The notes under the pieces were generated by a model that saw only the letters and a program-made list of their open reading frames with translations, was not told the DNA's origin and ran no database searches. Below, in pieces: positions 61,024 through 64,000 of a stretch of 64,000 nucleotides of DNA (within the stretch, counting starts at the first letter, position 1; every line of letters starts with the position of its first letter). A program made the translations under genes and the position numbers. Origin of the DNA: an uncultured bacterium (GTDB lineage Bacteria > Fidelibacterota > Marinisomatia > Marinisomatales > Marinisomataceae); NCBI GenBank assembly GCA_943788675.1, contig CALSRE010000001.1, forward strand, positions 49,400-113,399. Direction: 5' to 3'.

Positions 61024-61410
61024 TGTTTTTCAAACATTTCTTTTTTTTTTCTTTAGAAGTATCATTAAATCCAATCAAATGTAAGATTCCGTGAACTATT
61101 AAGCGTGATATTTCATTATTTAATGACACTTTGAATTCTTTTGCATTCTGATTGCCATCTCATGACTTATATATATTTCTGCTTCAAGCTCAGAATCATT
61201 TCTTATTGGAAAGGTTACAATATCTGTAAGCACATCATCATTAAAGTATTTTACCTTGAAATCATTTAATGTCTGATCGTTACAAAAAATGAAGTTCAAA
61301 TTTATTTTTTCATAATGAATTTCATTTAATGTTAGATGTACTAATTCGCGTACTTTAGAATCTTCAATTTTAAGATTTAGTGCTTTATTGAAAATATTAA
61401 TTTCAATCAT
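61024..61410 (-). pseudogene. ybeY: rRNA maturation endoribonuclease YbeY, frameshifted before the catalytic His motif
   Basis: MIEINIFNK...EIYISHEMAI is in one frame. NAKEFKVSLNNEISRLIVHGILHLIGFNDTSKEKK (the HGxLHLxG zinc motif) is in another. A T10 run at 61041-61050 makes the 3' end ambiguous. Confidence 0.7.
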
Positions 61411-63696
61411 CTTTTGAAGGATATTCTGGTCTTGAATGATATAGCCCTGAAAGTACTGGTATAAGACCATGCTTACCGTCTCTTCTGCCTTTAATCTTTT
61501 GCAAGTCAGCCATTGTTAGAGGGCACTCGTCTAATTGTCCGTCTTCTAATCGACTACGTATTGCTTTATCTATCATTTTTTCAAACTTTTCAAGTGTAGG
61601 ATTTTTAATAGAATTTGCTTGCGCCTCTATTGCTTCAGCAATCATTACAATACCAGTCTCTTTAGAGTTTGGCTTAGGGCCAGGATATCTAAATTCATTC
61701 TCATCAACCGATTCTGGATTATCTGCATTTGTTAAAGCTTTCTGATAGAAAAATTCCATTCTATTTTTAGCATGATGTGTTTCAATAAAGTCTTTAACAA
61801 TCTTAGGCAACCCATATTCATCAGCTAAAGAAATTCCATCTGTAACATGCTGTTTTAGTATTTTAGCACTCATATGTGGAGAGATAGAATCATGCTTATT
61901 TTCTCCAGTTTGATTTTCAGCATAATATTCAGGCTTTTTAATTTTACCAATATCATGATAATATGAACCTACCCTACAAAGTAGTGCACGCGCTCCTATA
62001 GCATTAGCACATGACTCAGCCAATGTACCAACTTTCACGCTATGGGTATGTGTTCCTGGTGCATCTTCCATTAGTTTTTTCAAGAAGCGGTTGATCATAA
62101 TCAAGTAACTCTATTAAGCTTAAATCAGTTGTAATTCCAAAGAATGATTCAAATAATGGTACTAAACCAAAAGAAAGAATTGGACAAAGAAAACTAGCTA
62201 AGGCTAAATATCCGACTGTAGAATAATTATAATCAAGAAAATCAATTCCCTTAAAAAGCATCACAGAAAAGAATACAAACAAACTACAGAAAACTAATGT
62301 TATCATTGTTGCAATAATTTGTCTTCTTTTACGAAGCTTCCTAACACTAAATATTGCAATACAAGCTATAATAAACTGAATTATAGCAAAATCTAAATCG
62401 TTACCAATTAGTAATGATATTAACAGAATCAGAATAGTGGAAGAAATTAATGCAACTGTTGTATCTAGCAATACGGTTATTAGGATAGAAAACATTGCTA
62501 TAGGAATGATATAAACAGGGAACTGATAATTAATAATTATCCATGAAAAAAAGACTATTGAGTACATTAGAAAACCAATTAAAACTAAAATCTTATAGAT
62601 TTTCAAAATAGTTTCCTCTATAGATATAAAAAAATGAAAAAAGTAAGAAAAGCAATATAGAAACAACAAAAAATGCTCCTAAGTATTCTCTAAATTTATC
62701 TGCAGCCTTTTCATAGCCCAATCTTCTTTCAGATTCAAATCTTAAAGATTTTAATTTTAATAAAACTGAATCTGTAATTCTGTTATTAGTATCAACAATT
62801 AATTCATTTGCAAGCACTGTTCCTTGAAAACGCGATACTCTATCCAAGCGCTCTTTTTGCCTTGACTCAGTCAATTCTTTATCAAAAATAATATTTGGTT
62901 TTGTAAACTCATTAATGAGTTCGTAGCTCAATATAGATTTAATATCTACATCATTTTCATAAATAAGATTTACTTCTTCTTTATTTTTTTTCCAGGCTGA
63001 TTCTATATCGTTATAGTTCTTGGTTGGAGCAATAATAAGCTCTCCGCCTTGCACTATACTAATTTCGCTACTCAAAATATTTGTCTAATGGTTCATCGAT
63101 TATGCCCTCAGCCCATCTATTAAGACATATTTGTTTAACTTGATTTTTGAATATCTCTAAGTTTATAGGCTCTGCTAAACTTTCATTAATTCCTAACAAT
63201 TGATCCCATTGATTTTTTTTAATTTGAAACTGATATTGATCTAAGAACTCATTATAAAGCGTTACATACGTTGTGCTATCTGCAATAAAGCTAGTCTGAA
63301 AACTTTCAAATTCTGGTTCATATCGATATTTATATAGTGAATCTTGTGAGGATATAAATAATTCATGTGAGCTATAAATATCATTTAAATAAATAAAAAA
63401 AGTATCAATGGAAGCAATTTGGTTATCAACAAAATCTTGATTTCTGCTAAAAGAAAAAGGTACTGATTTCTTTGCTTCATCTAGGTCTTTTATTAAGCTT
63501 TTGATCTGTTTTAAGAATTCCAAAATCAAAAGGTGCAATTATTGGTTCATTAGCAATATCATTCAACTGATAAGAATATCTAATTGAAAATCCAGTTGGA
63601 AAAGTTAAAGATATAGCAAATGATAAGAGGAAAAACCAAAGTATTGGAAATCTATTTTTTAAGTAAAAAATCTTTGAGCTGTTTAAAATTATTCAT
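61403..63696 (-). pseudogene. 7TM-receptor/HD-hydrolase membrane protein (YqfF-like HDIG protein), split into at least five pieces
   Basis: Pieces are the N-terminal start MNNFKQLKDF (63696), extracellular-domain ORFs 63068-63538 and 62593-63075, the 7-TM ORF 62040-62669, and the HD-domain ORF 61403-62104 (HTHSVKV...YHDIGK...THHAKNR). The order and the yqfF-ybeY synteny are canonical. Confidence 0.7.
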
Positions 63697-63697
63697 A

Positions 63698-64000
63698 CTA
63701 CCATTTAATTGCTGCCGATGCCCAAGTATATCCTGCGCCGAATGCTGTTAAAATAATATAATCACCCTTTAGAAAATTTATTTTCCTGCTAAAGCTTCAC
63801 ACATTGCAATTGGAATAGTAGCAGCAGTTGTATTTCCATATTTATGAATATTCACAAACATTTTTTCCATTGGCAAATTCATTCTTTTAGCACAAGTCTC
63901 TAATATTCTTTTATTTGCTTGATGAGCAATAACCAATGATACATCATCTATGTGTAAGTTATTGTGTTTTAGTGCAACATCTATAGCTTCAGGCATTCTT
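63698..64000 (-). CDS. fabH: 3-oxoacyl-ACP synthase III, C-terminal part (gene continues beyond the window; one frameshift near the 3' end)
   Basis: ORF 63778-63996 has VIAHQANKRILE and YGNTTAATIPIA. The last ~27 aa (INFLKGDYIILTAFGAGYTWASAAIKW) are in another frame after a short A/T run near 63780. Confidence 0.75.

Overview
AT-rich window (roughly 30% GC by eye) from a diderm bacterium. It encodes Kdo/LPS genes, an Omp85-type barrel, TolC and a CarboxypepD_reg-type TonB-dependent receptor. DUF4835, DUF4139, DUF2723 and DUF1844 proteins give it an FCB-superphylum or marine streamlined-genome flavour, but the lineage call is tentative. Most of the window is densely packed core genome, largely on the minus strand. 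Core genes are tdh-kbl, secDF, tgt, argF, rpoN-lptB-lptC-kdsC-kdsA-pyrG-kdsB-gatC, a MacAB/TolC-like efflux operon, cca, recG, valS, rpsU, rsmA, tatD, metG and holB, followed by a yqfF-like 7TM-HD gene, ybeY, mazG and fabH. There are two tRNAs: Arg-TCT (+) and Asn-GTT (-). Four things are not ordinary. (1) tRNA-Arg(TCT) at 6.7 kb is followed by two extra direct copies of its anticodon-loop-to-3'-end segment. These delimit two stacked cassettes of under 1 kb, each with a conserved leader, one unrelated lipoprotein gene and a conserved tail. No recombinase is present anywhere in the window. This is my best candidate for an undescribed system. (2) The 250-bp leader of the TonB-dependent receptor gene is a three-fold tandem repeat of its own translation-initiation region. 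Each unit has a hairpin whose arms covary, and two units have decoy start codons. (3) A GC-rich 75-aa protein is built from two copies of a ~33-aa module. (4) Two sharply localised clusters (19.4-21.3 kb and 59.8-63.8 kb) have every gene interrupted by frameshifts, many in long homopolymers. Two isolated frameshifts lie elsewhere. These are most likely sequence-quality artefacts, but gene decay is not excluded. No CRISPR array, prophage, transposase, integrase or recognisable defence system was seen.
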